24,059 bases of DNA from an uncultured Gammaproteobacteria bacterium (GTDB lineage: Bacteria > Patescibacteriota > Microgenomatia > UBA1406 > GWC2-37-13). The stretch covers positions 1-24,059 of the forward strand of contig CAZPKD010000002.1 of NCBI GenBank assembly GCA_964587115.1, written 5' to 3'. Below are positions 15,748 to 23,800 of the stretch, piece after piece (position 1 is the stretch's first letter; each line of letters starts with the position of its first letter). Under the pieces are notes generated by a model. It saw nothing but the letters and a program-made list of their open reading frames with translations. It ran no database searches and had not been told where the DNA came from. The translations under genes were made by a program, and so were the position numbers.

Positions 15748-16890
15748 TCAATTTTTAACTAAGTCTAATAATTTATTTTCAAAATTAACTCGGTTAAATT
15801 TTTGTCCTTGTTTTGGTCCATTAACCTTAGTGCTTTGCTTCAAATTGTAAGATAACTTATTAAATCTTTCAAGCGCTGCCGCAAGAGATTCTTGATTTTG
15901 ATCGTTAAAAAAAAGACCGGTGGTATTTTCAAGAACGGTTTCTTCAGCCCCACCTTTTCGATAAGCAATTACAGGACAACCAAAAAATTGTGATTCGAGT
16001 GACACATAGCCAAAATCCTCTTCCTGAGGCATAATCAATGTTTCTGCCGATGCATAAAGTTGAGCCAACTCACTATCACTTACGTAGGAAATAAAGGTAA
16101 TATTTTTTTTTGCATCATGTTTTAGTTTTTTTTCTTCACTCCCTTGACCAACAATAACTAGATTTAAGTTTGATTTTTGATTAAAGATCTTAATAACCAA
16201 ATCAACCTTTTTATAAGGCTCTAATCTAGAAACAACAAGAAAGAACTTTTTACTTTGAGTCCTTTTTAATTTTTTATTTATATTTTTGATTTTTGATATT
16301 TGATGTTTGATACTACTCCAATAGTCTATATCAAACGGTGGATAAATTATTTGCGAATCTCTTTGATAATATTTATTCGTTCTTTTGGCAACCGCGCTAG
16401 AGATTGAAATTAGAACATCTGGTCTTTTTGAAACTATCAAATCCCACTTTTTTAATGAATTCAAGTAAGGAGTCACAAAAAAATTCAATATTTTATTTTT
16501 AAAATAAAGATCTTTTTGAAACCAAAAATAACGAGTTGGCGTTAATAGATAACAAATATGGCGTGTGTTTGGCTTGGTAATGATAGACTTGGCAAACGAG
16601 GAGGAAACTGAAATCACTAATTGATAGTTGGAAAAGTCAAACGTTTCAAAAGCATAAGGATAGAAAGGTAAGGAAAAGATTCTTCTTTTTTTAATGAAGT
16701 TGGGTAGTTTTTGAATAAAAGAGGTTTTTGCCTGAAGGTTTTTTGCCCAAGGAGCCTTTTCTAAATTCTGATAAGAGGTGTAAAAATCTGCACTAGGAAA
16801 CAAATGTTTAAATTCAAGAAGGACTCTTTCTACTCCACCCCACTTATCAAGCCAATCATAAACGATAGCAATTTTCAAATGGTTAGACAT
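15748..16890 (-). CDS. GT4 glycosyltransferase (WbaZ-like, putative mannosyltransferase)
   Basis: YDWLDKWGGVERVL, VSRLEPYKKVD and EDFGYVSLESQFFGCPVIA (EX7E motif). Confidence 0.9.
   Translation of the reverse strand: MSNHLKIAIVYDWLDKWGGVERVLLEFKHLFPSADFYTSYQNLEKAPWAKNLQAKTSFIQKLPNFIKKRRIFSLPFYPYAFETFDFSNYQLVISVSSSFAKSIITKPNTRHICYLLTPTRYFWFQKDLYFKNKILNFFVTPYLNSLKKWDLIVSKRPDVLISISSAVAKRTNKYYQRDSQIIYPPFDIDYWSSIKHQISKIKNINKKLKRTQSKKFFLVVSRLEPYKKVDLVIKIFNQKSNLNLVIVGQGSEEKKLKHDAKKNITFISYVSDSELAQLYASAETLIMPQEEDFGYVSLESQFFGCPVIAYRKGGAEETVLENTTGLFFNDQNQESLAAALERFNKLSYNLKQSTKVNGPKQGQKFNRVNFENKLLDLVKN
16277..16311 (-). repeat. Heptanucleotide tandem repeat ATCAAAN x4 plus one degenerate copy inside the GT4 gene
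   Basis: Coding strand reads ATCAAAC ATCAAAT ATCAAAA ATCAAAA ATATAAA and encodes IKHQISKIKNIN. Confidence 0.75.
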
Positions 16891-17977
16891 AACTTCTGTA
16901 TAAAGCTAAAATTTCTTGAGCCATCTTCTTAAAAGAGAACCTGTCCATTGTTATTTTATAAGAATGCTTGTCCTTTGCCTGTATAAACTGGTCAATCTGA
17001 GTCTTAATTTCATTTTCATTATTAGGATCAAAAGACAAATAGCGGTTGCCAAGGAGTTCTTTAAAAACCTGTATATTTGAGGCAATAATGGGTAGTTGAT
17101 AATAAACCGCCTCAACAATCGGTAAACCAAAACCTTCAGATAACGTTGGGTGAATTAAAGCTTTGGCATTTTTATAAAAGAAAACCAAATCTTCTTTTTT
17201 GGGATTAAAATAGAATCTAATTCGTTTTTGCATATTAAGACTATTAATTAAAGTTTTTAACCGTATAGAAAAATAGTCGTTCGGTCCAACCAAAATCAAC
17301 TGATACTTATTTTTTGTTCTACTAAAAGCCTTGATTAATCTTTCAACGTTTTTATGGGGATAAAAATTACCAACATAAATAAAAAAATCTTCAACAAAAA
17401 GTTTTTTTAGATCTTGATTTTCTTTGGCTAAGGTTAGTTCTTTGTTTATACCCTCATAAACAGGAAAGATCTTATCTTTGAACCGAATACCATAATGCTT
17501 AATTATTTGTTCTTTAACGGCATTGGTCGGGGTAATAATCGCAGCTGAGTTTTTTATTTGCGAATTAATGACTAAACGATAAAAAAAATATTTTAATTCA
17601 TAAACAAGGCTCGATTTGGTTGACGATTTACCGGTTTTAAAAAAAAGCGGGGTCAAATCATGAAGCGTGGTGATAAATTTTCTTCGGTAAAAAACCGGGT
17701 AACTAAAGTAGGTAAAGTGCATTAGATCAAGTTTATCGCGGTTAATAATTTTCAGAAACCCAATCTGTTCGTCAAAAGTATGCCAATGGTAGTCAGCCTT
17801 TTTTTTTATAAAATGATTATTTTTAAAGTTAAACTTAGCAAAGTCATTGCTCGTTAGATAAACATAAAATTCAAGGTCTTTTAAATCTTCTTGCTGTAAA
17901 TAATTTAGGAGGTTTCTGATGTAAACACCAACTCCTGTTTGCGAGTAAAGTCGAGCGTCAATGCCAATTTTTTTCAT
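16883..17977 (-). CDS. GT4 glycosyltransferase (family 1 protein, putative mannosyltransferase)
   Basis: IGIDAR..SQTGVGVY, TLHDL, VGNFYPHKN and EGFGLPIVEA (EX7E motif). Confidence 0.9.
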   Translation of the reverse strand: MKKIGIDARLYSQTGVGVYIRNLLNYLQQEDLKDLEFYVYLTSNDFAKFNFKNNHFIKKKADYHWHTFDEQIGFLKIINRDKLDLMHFTYFSYPVFYRRKFITTLHDLTPLFFKTGKSSTKSSLVYELKYFFYRLVINSQIKNSAAIITPTNAVKEQIIKHYGIRFKDKIFPVYEGINKELTLAKENQDLKKLFVEDFFIYVGNFYPHKNVERLIKAFSRTKNKYQLILVGPNDYFSIRLKTLINSLNMQKRIRFYFNPKKEDLVFFYKNAKALIHPTLSEGFGLPIVEAVYYQLPIIASNIQVFKELLGNRYLSFDPNNENEIKTQIDQFIQAKDKHSYKITMDRFSFKKMAQEILALYRSYV

Positions 17978-18858
17978 TTTGTAAGTTTTCTTTTAATGTC
18001 GATAAAAGAATATACTAACCAATTGACTAAAAAGAGATTCTTTTTTTCATAATGCTTTCGATAAAATATTTTCATTGATTCATAAAAATGATTTTGCGTT
18101 CTGATTCTAACTTTCTGATCGTTATTTTTTAGCCCACTAATATACTTTAAATGAAGCACTTCATATAAAGGATAATAGATTATTATATATCCTAGTTCTT
18201 TAATTCTGAAAGAAAGGTCCAGATCTTCACCATACATAAAAAACTCCTTGTCAAAACCGCCTATTTTTTCAAGAATTTTTTTTCTTGTTAGAAAAAAAGC
18301 GCCTGTTGGTGAGTCAATTTCATGAATGGTCCTTAAATTCTTATGCGTCAGATGATAACCACCAAATAACCTGTTCAAAAATGGTAATTTTCCAAATATT
18401 TTTTCTAGCTTGGCATAATAACAGAAAGATCGCCAAACCGTGGGAAAACCACGATGTGAGGCTGGATCAATCTCATGGTCGGGTAAAACTACCTTAATGG
18501 TCATTACCCCAATTTCAGGCCGGTCATCCATTAGGGCAAAAAGGTCACCAAAATCCACCTCGCCCATCAGGGCGTCAGAGTTCAGATAAAGAATGTACTC
18601 TCCTTCACTGTTGGCAACACCAAGATTATTGGCTTTACCATAACCAAGATTTTTTTCACTTAAAACGACTTTTAAATTCGGCCATTGTCGAGCTTTGTCT
18701 TTTAATAGTTGTTGACTCCCGTCTGTCGAATCATTATCAACAACGACCACTTCATAGTCAAGAGGGTATTTCTGGAAGTTTTTTTTTATCCGTTGAAAAC
18801 ATTTGGCAGTTACCTCACGAGTATTGTAAGAAACGATAACAATTGAAAGTTTTTTCAT
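17974..18858 (-). CDS. GT2 glycosyltransferase (WbbL/rhamnosyltransferase-like)
   Basis: SIVIVSYN, VVDNDSTDGS, NLGYGKANN, YLNSD and FFMYGEDLDL. Start placed at ATG 18858 rather than TTG 18873 of the ORF track. Confidence 0.88.
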   Translation of the reverse strand: MKKLSIVIVSYNTREVTAKCFQRIKKNFQKYPLDYEVVVVDNDSTDGSQQLLKDKARQWPNLKVVLSEKNLGYGKANNLGVANSEGEYILYLNSDALMGEVDFGDLFALMDDRPEIGVMTIKVVLPDHEIDPASHRGFPTVWRSFCYYAKLEKIFGKLPFLNRLFGGYHLTHKNLRTIHEIDSPTGAFFLTRKKILEKIGGFDKEFFMYGEDLDLSFRIKELGYIIIYYPLYEVLHLKYISGLKNNDQKVRIRTQNHFYESMKIFYRKHYEKKNLFLVNWLVYSFIDIKRKLTK

Positions 18859-18873
18859 TAAAAACAAAAACAA

Positions 18874-19353
18874 TTAACGTTTTGGTGATTGTTTTTGCCG
18901 TCTTGATTTACCGCCTGTCCCCACATGTCTTCTTTCTCTAGTTCTGGGATCACGAGTTAATAAACCTGCTTTCTTGAGAGTAATTCTATATTGATCCTTA
19001 TCGGCTTTTTCAATCGCCCTAGACAACCCATGAATAATTGCTTCAATCTGACCGTTTTTACCTCCACCAATGGCAATAATTGAAATTGCAAATCTATCTT
19101 CGTTATTGGTTAGTTTTAATGGGATCGAAAATCTGGCCCGATCCGCCAGAGATGGAAAATAAATAGCCAGTGGCTTTTTATTGACAAATATTTCCCCTTG
19201 TTTAATGGTTAAGGCTTCTTTTCCAATTAAAATATGTTTTAAAACTACCTTTTTTTCTTTATTGGTAACTAAATATAAACGAACCCTGGCGACAGCTTCT
19301 TTGCGTCGACCAATCGCTTCATAAAACTGAATATTTTTAGTTTTTCTTACCAT
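18874..19353 (-). CDS. rpsI: 30S ribosomal protein uS9 (with insertion)
   Basis: GRRKEAVARV, GGGKNGQ.EAI.HGLSRA, LLTRDPR..ER..G....R...Q.PKR. Confidence 0.95.
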   Translation of the reverse strand: MVRKTKNIQFYEAIGRRKEAVARVRLYLVTNKEKKVVLKHILIGKEALTIKQGEIFVNKKPLAIYFPSLADRARFSIPLKLTNNEDRFAISIIAIGGGKNGQIEAIIHGLSRAIEKADKDQYRITLKKAGLLTRDPRTRERRHVGTGGKSRRQKQSPKR

Positions 19354-19355
19354 AA

Positions 19356-19799
19356 TTAAGTTAATTTTTGACTTTTAAATTTACTTTCATACGGATGTTT
19401 GTCGTCGGCATAAATAAACAATCTGGTTAATCGTTTATCTCTTAGTTTGTTTTTTGGCAGCATACCGCTAACCGCTCTTTTAATTATTTCCGTAGGATTT
19501 TTTTCTAGCAGATTAGCAAAGGTAATGTTTTTTTGACCACCCGGGTAACCTGAATAACTTGAGTATATTTTAGTTTCGGCTTTCCTACCAGTAACCTGAA
19601 CTCTTTTGGCATTAATAACAACTACATAATCTCCATTATCAAGATATGGGGCATAATTAGTCTTGTGTTTTCCTTGAAGAAACTTAACAATCTCTGGGGC
19701 TGATCTACCCAAAACTTTTTTTGAGGCGTCAATAAGATGCCAGTCGCGTTTAATATCTTTATCCTTAGTTGGATTGGTTGATTTTGTAATATTTACCAT
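19356..19799 (-). CDS. rplM: 50S ribosomal protein uL13
   Basis: WHLIDA...LGR, GKHK..YAP.LD.GDYVVVINA, SGYPGG and GMLPKN. Confidence 0.96.
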   Translation of the reverse strand: MVNITKSTNPTKDKDIKRDWHLIDASKKVLGRSAPEIVKFLQGKHKTNYAPYLDNGDYVVVINAKRVQVTGRKAETKIYSSYSGYPGGQKNITFANLLEKNPTEIIKRAVSGMLPKNKLRDKRLTRLFIYADDKHPYESKFKSQKLT

Positions 19800-19801
19800 A
19801 G

Positions 19802-20251
19802 TTATTTCTCCTGTTTAACTTTTTTTTCTTTAACTTCTGTTTTAGTCGCTTCTTTTTTGACAACCTTTTTTTTAGACTTAGCGGTTTCCAAAACTACTGG
19901 ATATACCCATTCCAATCTTACTGTCTGGACACCATCTGATTCTCTAGCCCCAAGCCTAATTAATCTAGTAAAACCGCCTGTTTTTCCTTTTAAAACCGGC
20001 CCGATCGTCTTAAAAAGCATATCAACCAATTTACGGTTGGCTAATTTTTTCATTAAGAAATTTTTATTGGCTTCGGTTTTCTCTGAAGTTTTGACTAAGA
20101 TTTTATCCAAATAAGATTTCAGAATCTTACCTTTAGCAATAGTTGTTGTCATCTTGCCTCTGGTCAAAAAATTGAGAACCAGTTTACGCAACATCATTTG
20201 CTTGGCGTCAACTCCCAACTTAAATTTTATTTTTTTTACTCCGTGTCTCAT
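19802..20251 (-). CDS. rplQ: 50S ribosomal protein bL17 (divergent, Lys-rich tail)
   Basis: MRH start, TTT.AK, GGFTR.I.LG.R..DG and position directly after rpoA. Confidence 0.88.
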   Translation of the reverse strand: MRHGVKKIKFKLGVDAKQMMLRKLVLNFLTRGKMTTTIAKGKILKSYLDKILVKTSEKTEANKNFLMKKLANRKLVDMLFKTIGPVLKGKTGGFTRLIRLGARESDGVQTVRLEWVYPVVLETAKSKKKVVKKEATKTEVKEKKVKQEK

Positions 20252-20269
20252 TTTATCAATAAAAATGAT

Positions 20270-21196
20270 TTAACTTAAACTTAACTCCATTTTTTTTAAC
20301 TCTTCTTCAATTAGCTCGATTGATTTTTTGCCAACCCCCTTCATTCCGGCTAATTTATCTCGACCGACTTTTATTAAATCGGCTACCGTTTCAATATTCT
20401 CTCTTAAAAGGGCATTAATTACTCTTGAGGGAAGATTTAGTTCATCAATAATGATTTCTGAAAGCTTTTTATCGATTGAGGCCTGTTTTTCATTGGCCTT
20501 TTCCTCGTCAATCTTTGGCTTGGCTACATCTTGACCTGACATCAAATGCCCAAAGTGTTCTGAGAGCATAGTCGTCGCCTGGCGAATGGCTTCAGATGGT
20601 TTAAGACTACCATCGGTTGAAACTTCAAGGACCAATCTATCAAGGTTTGATTTTCTTCCCACCCGAGCCTCTTCCACTTTAAAAGTAACTTTTTTCACCG
20701 GAGAAAAAAAAGCATCAACCGGAACAAATCCAAACTCTCTTTTCTCTTGTTCCTCAGCTGGCAAATAACCAAAGCCCACTTCAACAAAAGCTTCAATTTC
20801 TAACTTCCCTTTTTGATCTGTGATCTCTCCTATATACAGATCCTTATTGACAATTTCAACTTCACCTTCAACATCTTTACCATAAACTTTTCCTTTTCCT
20901 TTTGTTTCAAGTTTGATTTTAAATGGACCTTCACCTTCATACTTAAATCTTAATAGCTTTAGATTAGAAACAATTTCCAAGATTGATTCTTTAACCCCTT
21001 TAATACCAGTGAACAAATGAGGGGCTCCCTCGATTTTGACCTGAGTAATAGCTGCCCCGGTTAAAGATGATAATAGGGTTCTTCTTAAAGCATGACCAAG
21101 GCTCTGACCAAAACTAAGCGGTAAGGGTTCAATAACAAACTTACCATAAGTAGCACTATCTTCAATTCTTTGTGTATAAAAATTAGGGACAATCAT
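20270..21196 (-). CDS. rpoA: RNA polymerase alpha subunit
   Basis: EPL..SFG.SLGHALRRTLLSSL.G, GVKE....I..NLK, VDAFFSPV and alpha-CTD (IDELNLPSRVINAL). Confidence 0.97.
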   Translation of the reverse strand: MIVPNFYTQRIEDSATYGKFVIEPLPLSFGQSLGHALRRTLLSSLTGAAITQVKIEGAPHLFTGIKGVKESILEIVSNLKLLRFKYEGEGPFKIKLETKGKGKVYGKDVEGEVEIVNKDLYIGEITDQKGKLEIEAFVEVGFGYLPAEEQEKREFGFVPVDAFFSPVKKVTFKVEEARVGRKSNLDRLVLEVSTDGSLKPSEAIRQATTMLSEHFGHLMSGQDVAKPKIDEEKANEKQASIDKKLSEIIIDELNLPSRVINALLRENIETVADLIKVGRDKLAGMKGVGKKSIELIEEELKKMELSLS

Positions 21197-21219
21197 AATA
21201 TTTAAAAATTTATAAATTA

Positions 21220-21840
21220 TTAACGGGAATAAAATTCAATTACTAATCTTAAATTAACTTGTTTAGCAATGTCTTCTGAGGTCGGTTCGGCCACCAGTTT
21301 ACCTACTGTAGCTTGTCTTTCTAACCATTTTGGCAAGATTATGTCTTTATTATTCAGTTGTTTCTCAATGTAGGGTATTTTTATTGATTTTTCTTTAGCA
21401 AAAGTGATTATATTACCCGTTTTTGTCTGATAAGAAGGAATATTAACTAATTTATCATCAATTTTAATATGTCTATGAGTAACCAGCTGACGAGCCGCAG
21501 CTCTAGTAGGAGCAAATCCTAGACGAAAAACAACATTGTCCAGTCTTTTTTCCAAAAACTTGGTCAAATACTCAGCCGTATTACCTGGTTTTTTAATGGC
21601 AATATTAAAATATTTTTTTAGCTGGTTTTCCGTAACTCCAAAGATAAAACGCAGTTTTTGTTTTTCTTTCAACTGAAATCCATGCTCAGAAATTTTTTTT
21701 CTGGTTCTAATCCCATGCTGTCCAGGGGGAACATTAAGTTTACGTAAAAGTCTCGCGTGGGCTTTTGTACCGACGGTTTTTAAACCTAGGTCAACTCCCT
21801 GGCGACGGGCAATTCTGTTTCTTGGGCCAATATGTCTCAT
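21220..21840 (-). CDS. rpsD: 30S ribosomal protein uS4 (no Zn-binding Cys motif)
   Basis: PPGQHG, QLKEKQK, LEKRLDNVVFRLGFA.TRAAARQLVTH and S4 domain. Confidence 0.96.
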   Translation of the reverse strand: MRHIGPRNRIARRQGVDLGLKTVGTKAHARLLRKLNVPPGQHGIRTRKKISEHGFQLKEKQKLRFIFGVTENQLKKYFNIAIKKPGNTAEYLTKFLEKRLDNVVFRLGFAPTRAAARQLVTHRHIKIDDKLVNIPSYQTKTGNIITFAKEKSIKIPYIEKQLNNKDIILPKWLERQATVGKLVAEPTSEDIAKQVNLRLVIEFYSR

Positions 21841-21853
21841 ATAAAAATAAAAA

Positions 21854-22228
21854 TTATACTCGCCTCACTTTTGGTGGTCTAACCCCATTATGAGGAATAG
21901 GTGTAACATCAATAATTCGATCAATTTCCACGCTTGATTCTTTAATTGTTCTTAAAGAAGCCTCTCTCCCTGGACCAATCCCTTTAACAAAAATGTCGGC
22001 TTGAATTAACCCATGATCAGTAACGGCTTTTCTTATGGCTGCTTCCGTGGTAATTGAGGCGGCGTGTGGAGTTGATTTTCTAGTACCAGAAAAACCATGC
22101 ATCCCGGTTGAACCAACAACAACAACCTCTCCTTTTTCACTAGTAATTGTAATTAAAGTATTGTTAAAAGTGGCGGTAATATAAATCCTTCCTCTTTCAA
22201 CAATCCTTCTTTGTTTCTTTTTTATCAT
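21854..22228 (-). CDS. rpsK: 30S ribosomal protein uS11
   Basis: TFNNT.ITIT, GF.G.RKSTP.AA, VKG.GPGRE and DVTPIPHNG.RPPK.RRV. Confidence 0.96.
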   Translation of the reverse strand: MIKKKQRRIVERGRIYITATFNNTLITITSEKGEVVVVGSTGMHGFSGTRKSTPHAASITTEAAIRKAVTDHGLIQADIFVKGIGPGREASLRTIKESSVEIDRIIDVTPIPHNGVRPPKVRRV

Positions 22229-22238
22229 AGTTTAATAA

Positions 22239-22688
22239 TTATTTTTTAGCTGTTGGTGTGGCGGCTTTGGCGGCGGTTACTTCCTGACCAACTTTGTTTT
22301 GTTCAATCTTGGCCCAGGCTTCTTTCTTTAAAGCGCCAACTGTCTTTCTCTTGCCTCTTTTAGTTCTGGCATTTGATCTCGTTCGCTGTCCTCTAACCGG
22401 CAAACTTTTAATATGTCTAATTCCCCTATAGCTGCCAATATCCTTTAAACGCTTAATGTTTTCGCTAATTTCTTCTCTAAGGTCTCCCTCTACTTTATAC
22501 ACTTTATCTAAAACTGCCGTGATCTTTTTCCATTCTTCTTCAGTAATATCTTTAACCTTTTTGTTCTTCTCAATCTTTACTTGGGATAAAACTTTCCCGG
22601 CTGTATGCCAACCAACTCCATAAAATAAAGTCAGGGCATACTCAATTCTTTTGTCGTCCGGTAAAATTATTCCTAATATTCTTGCCAT
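22239..22688 (-). CDS. rpsM: 30S ribosomal protein uS13 (extended C-terminal tail)
   Basis: MARILG, VEGDLR and YRGIRH...LPVRGQRTRSNARTKRG. Confidence 0.96.
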   Translation of the reverse strand: MARILGIILPDDKRIEYALTLFYGVGWHTAGKVLSQVKIEKNKKVKDITEEEWKKITAVLDKVYKVEGDLREEISENIKRLKDIGSYRGIRHIKSLPVRGQRTRSNARTKRGKRKTVGALKKEAWAKIEQNKVGQEVTAAKAATPTAKK

Positions 22689-22692
22689 AAAA

Positions 22693-22806
22693 TTATCCTT
22701 GTTTCTGTTTGTGTTTTGGATTAGAACAGGTAATATATAATCGCCCTTTCCGCTTAACCAACTGACACTTTGGGCATATTTTTTTTATTGATGATCTTGT
22801 ATGCAT
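22693..22806 (-). CDS. rpmJ: 50S ribosomal protein bL36 (Zn-ribbon form); absent from the ORF track
   Basis: Translated by hand: [37 protein letters not shown], with C-x2-C...C-x4-H and KQxQG end, between infA and rpsM. Confidence 0.95.
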   Translation of the reverse strand: MHTRSSIKKICPKCQLVKRKGRLYITCSNPKHKQKQG

Positions 22807-22808
22807 AT

Positions 22809-23024
22809 TTATTTTCTATAAACAATTCTGCCTCGATTTAGATCATAAGGTGTTAACTCAATCCTAACCTTATCTCCAGGCAAAATTTTAATATAATTTT
22901 TTCTCATTTTTCCTGATAAATAACACAAAATAACTCTTTCCGAGTCGTCCAACTTAACTCGAAACAGAGTGTTGGGAAGGTTCTCGGTAACCGCTCCCTC
23001 GACCACAATGACATTGTCTTTCAT
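22809..23024 (-). CDS. infA: Translation initiation factor IF-1
   Basis: [44 protein letters not shown]. Confidence 0.97.
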   Translation of the reverse strand: MKDNVIVVEGAVTENLPNTLFRVKLDDSERVILCYLSGKMRKNYIKILPGDKVRIELTPYDLNRGRIVYRK

Positions 23025-23047
23025 AAAAGGTATATTTTACCACAATT

Positions 23048-23797
23048 TCAGGTTAAAATTAAAGCTTTTTTATCTGTGACGGCAATCGTGTGCTCAAAAC
23101 AGGCAGACAGACTTCTATCAGCCGTAATAATTGACCATTCGTCAGATTTTTCAAACTTCATTTTCTCCGTACCTTGTGAATAAATGATCTCTATTGCCAA
23201 TGTCATTCCTGGCTTAATCAGATCAGTTTTTTGTATTGGCCGATCGACAAAACCAAAGATATAGGGATCTTCGTGCAGATCTCGACCGATTCCATGACCC
23301 GTTAAATCTTTGATTACAAAGTATCCGGCTTTGTTAATTTCCTGTTCAATCGCCTGAGAGATATTCCCGATTCGCTTACCTACTTTAACCGTCTCAATCG
23401 CTTTAACCAAAGTTTGTTTCCCAACCTCAAGAAAAAGATTTGTTTTGGGATGACTTTGTCCAATAACAAAAGTGTCGGAAAAGTCAGTATGAAAACCTTT
23501 ATAAAACATCCCTATATCAATTGTTAAAACATCCCCATTTTTTAAAGTTCTTTTTGACGGTGGCGTATGAACAATTTGTTCGTTGATTGGCAAACAGGTC
23601 GTCCAATAATAATTTTCAACTCTTTTAAAAGATGATTGACCCCCAGCCTCAATAATTAATTTTTCAGCCATCTTGTCTATTTGTTCCGTGCTCATGCCTA
23701 CTTTGACAATTTGCTTTAGTTGTTTGTATACCTGTTTTAATCTTGTTCCTCCTTCTATCATCAGGGCGACTTCTTCGGGTCGTTTGAGTTTAATCAT
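23048..23797 (-). CDS. map: Methionine aminopeptidase type I
   Basis: NEQIVH, IDIG...GFHTD, GHGIG..LHEDP, LAIE and FEHT metal-ligand motifs. Confidence 0.95.
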   Translation of the reverse strand: MIKLKRPEEVALMIEGGTRLKQVYKQLKQIVKVGMSTEQIDKMAEKLIIEAGGQSSFKRVENYYWTTCLPINEQIVHTPPSKRTLKNGDVLTIDIGMFYKGFHTDFSDTFVIGQSHPKTNLFLEVGKQTLVKAIETVKVGKRIGNISQAIEQEINKAGYFVIKDLTGHGIGRDLHEDPYIFGFVDRPIQKTDLIKPGMTLAIEIIYSQGTEKMKFEKSDEWSIITADRSLSACFEHTIAVTDKKALILT

Positions 23798-23800
23798 TTT

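Noticed and set aside
18859-18873. TTG start at 18873 for the GT2 gene
   Set aside because: It abuts the rpsI stop and adds MFLFL; ATG 18858 gives the typical MKKLSIVIV GT2 N-terminus.
19359-19387. Second heptamer-like repeat at the end of rplM (SKFKSQKLT)
   Set aside because: The period-7 pattern is too degenerate to separate from AT-rich background.
12501-20768. Short ORFs at 12501-12791, 13769-13951, 18285-18497, 19857-20114, 20328-20534 and 20586-20768
   Set aside because: All are out-of-frame or antisense overlaps of well-supported genes, with no independent evidence.
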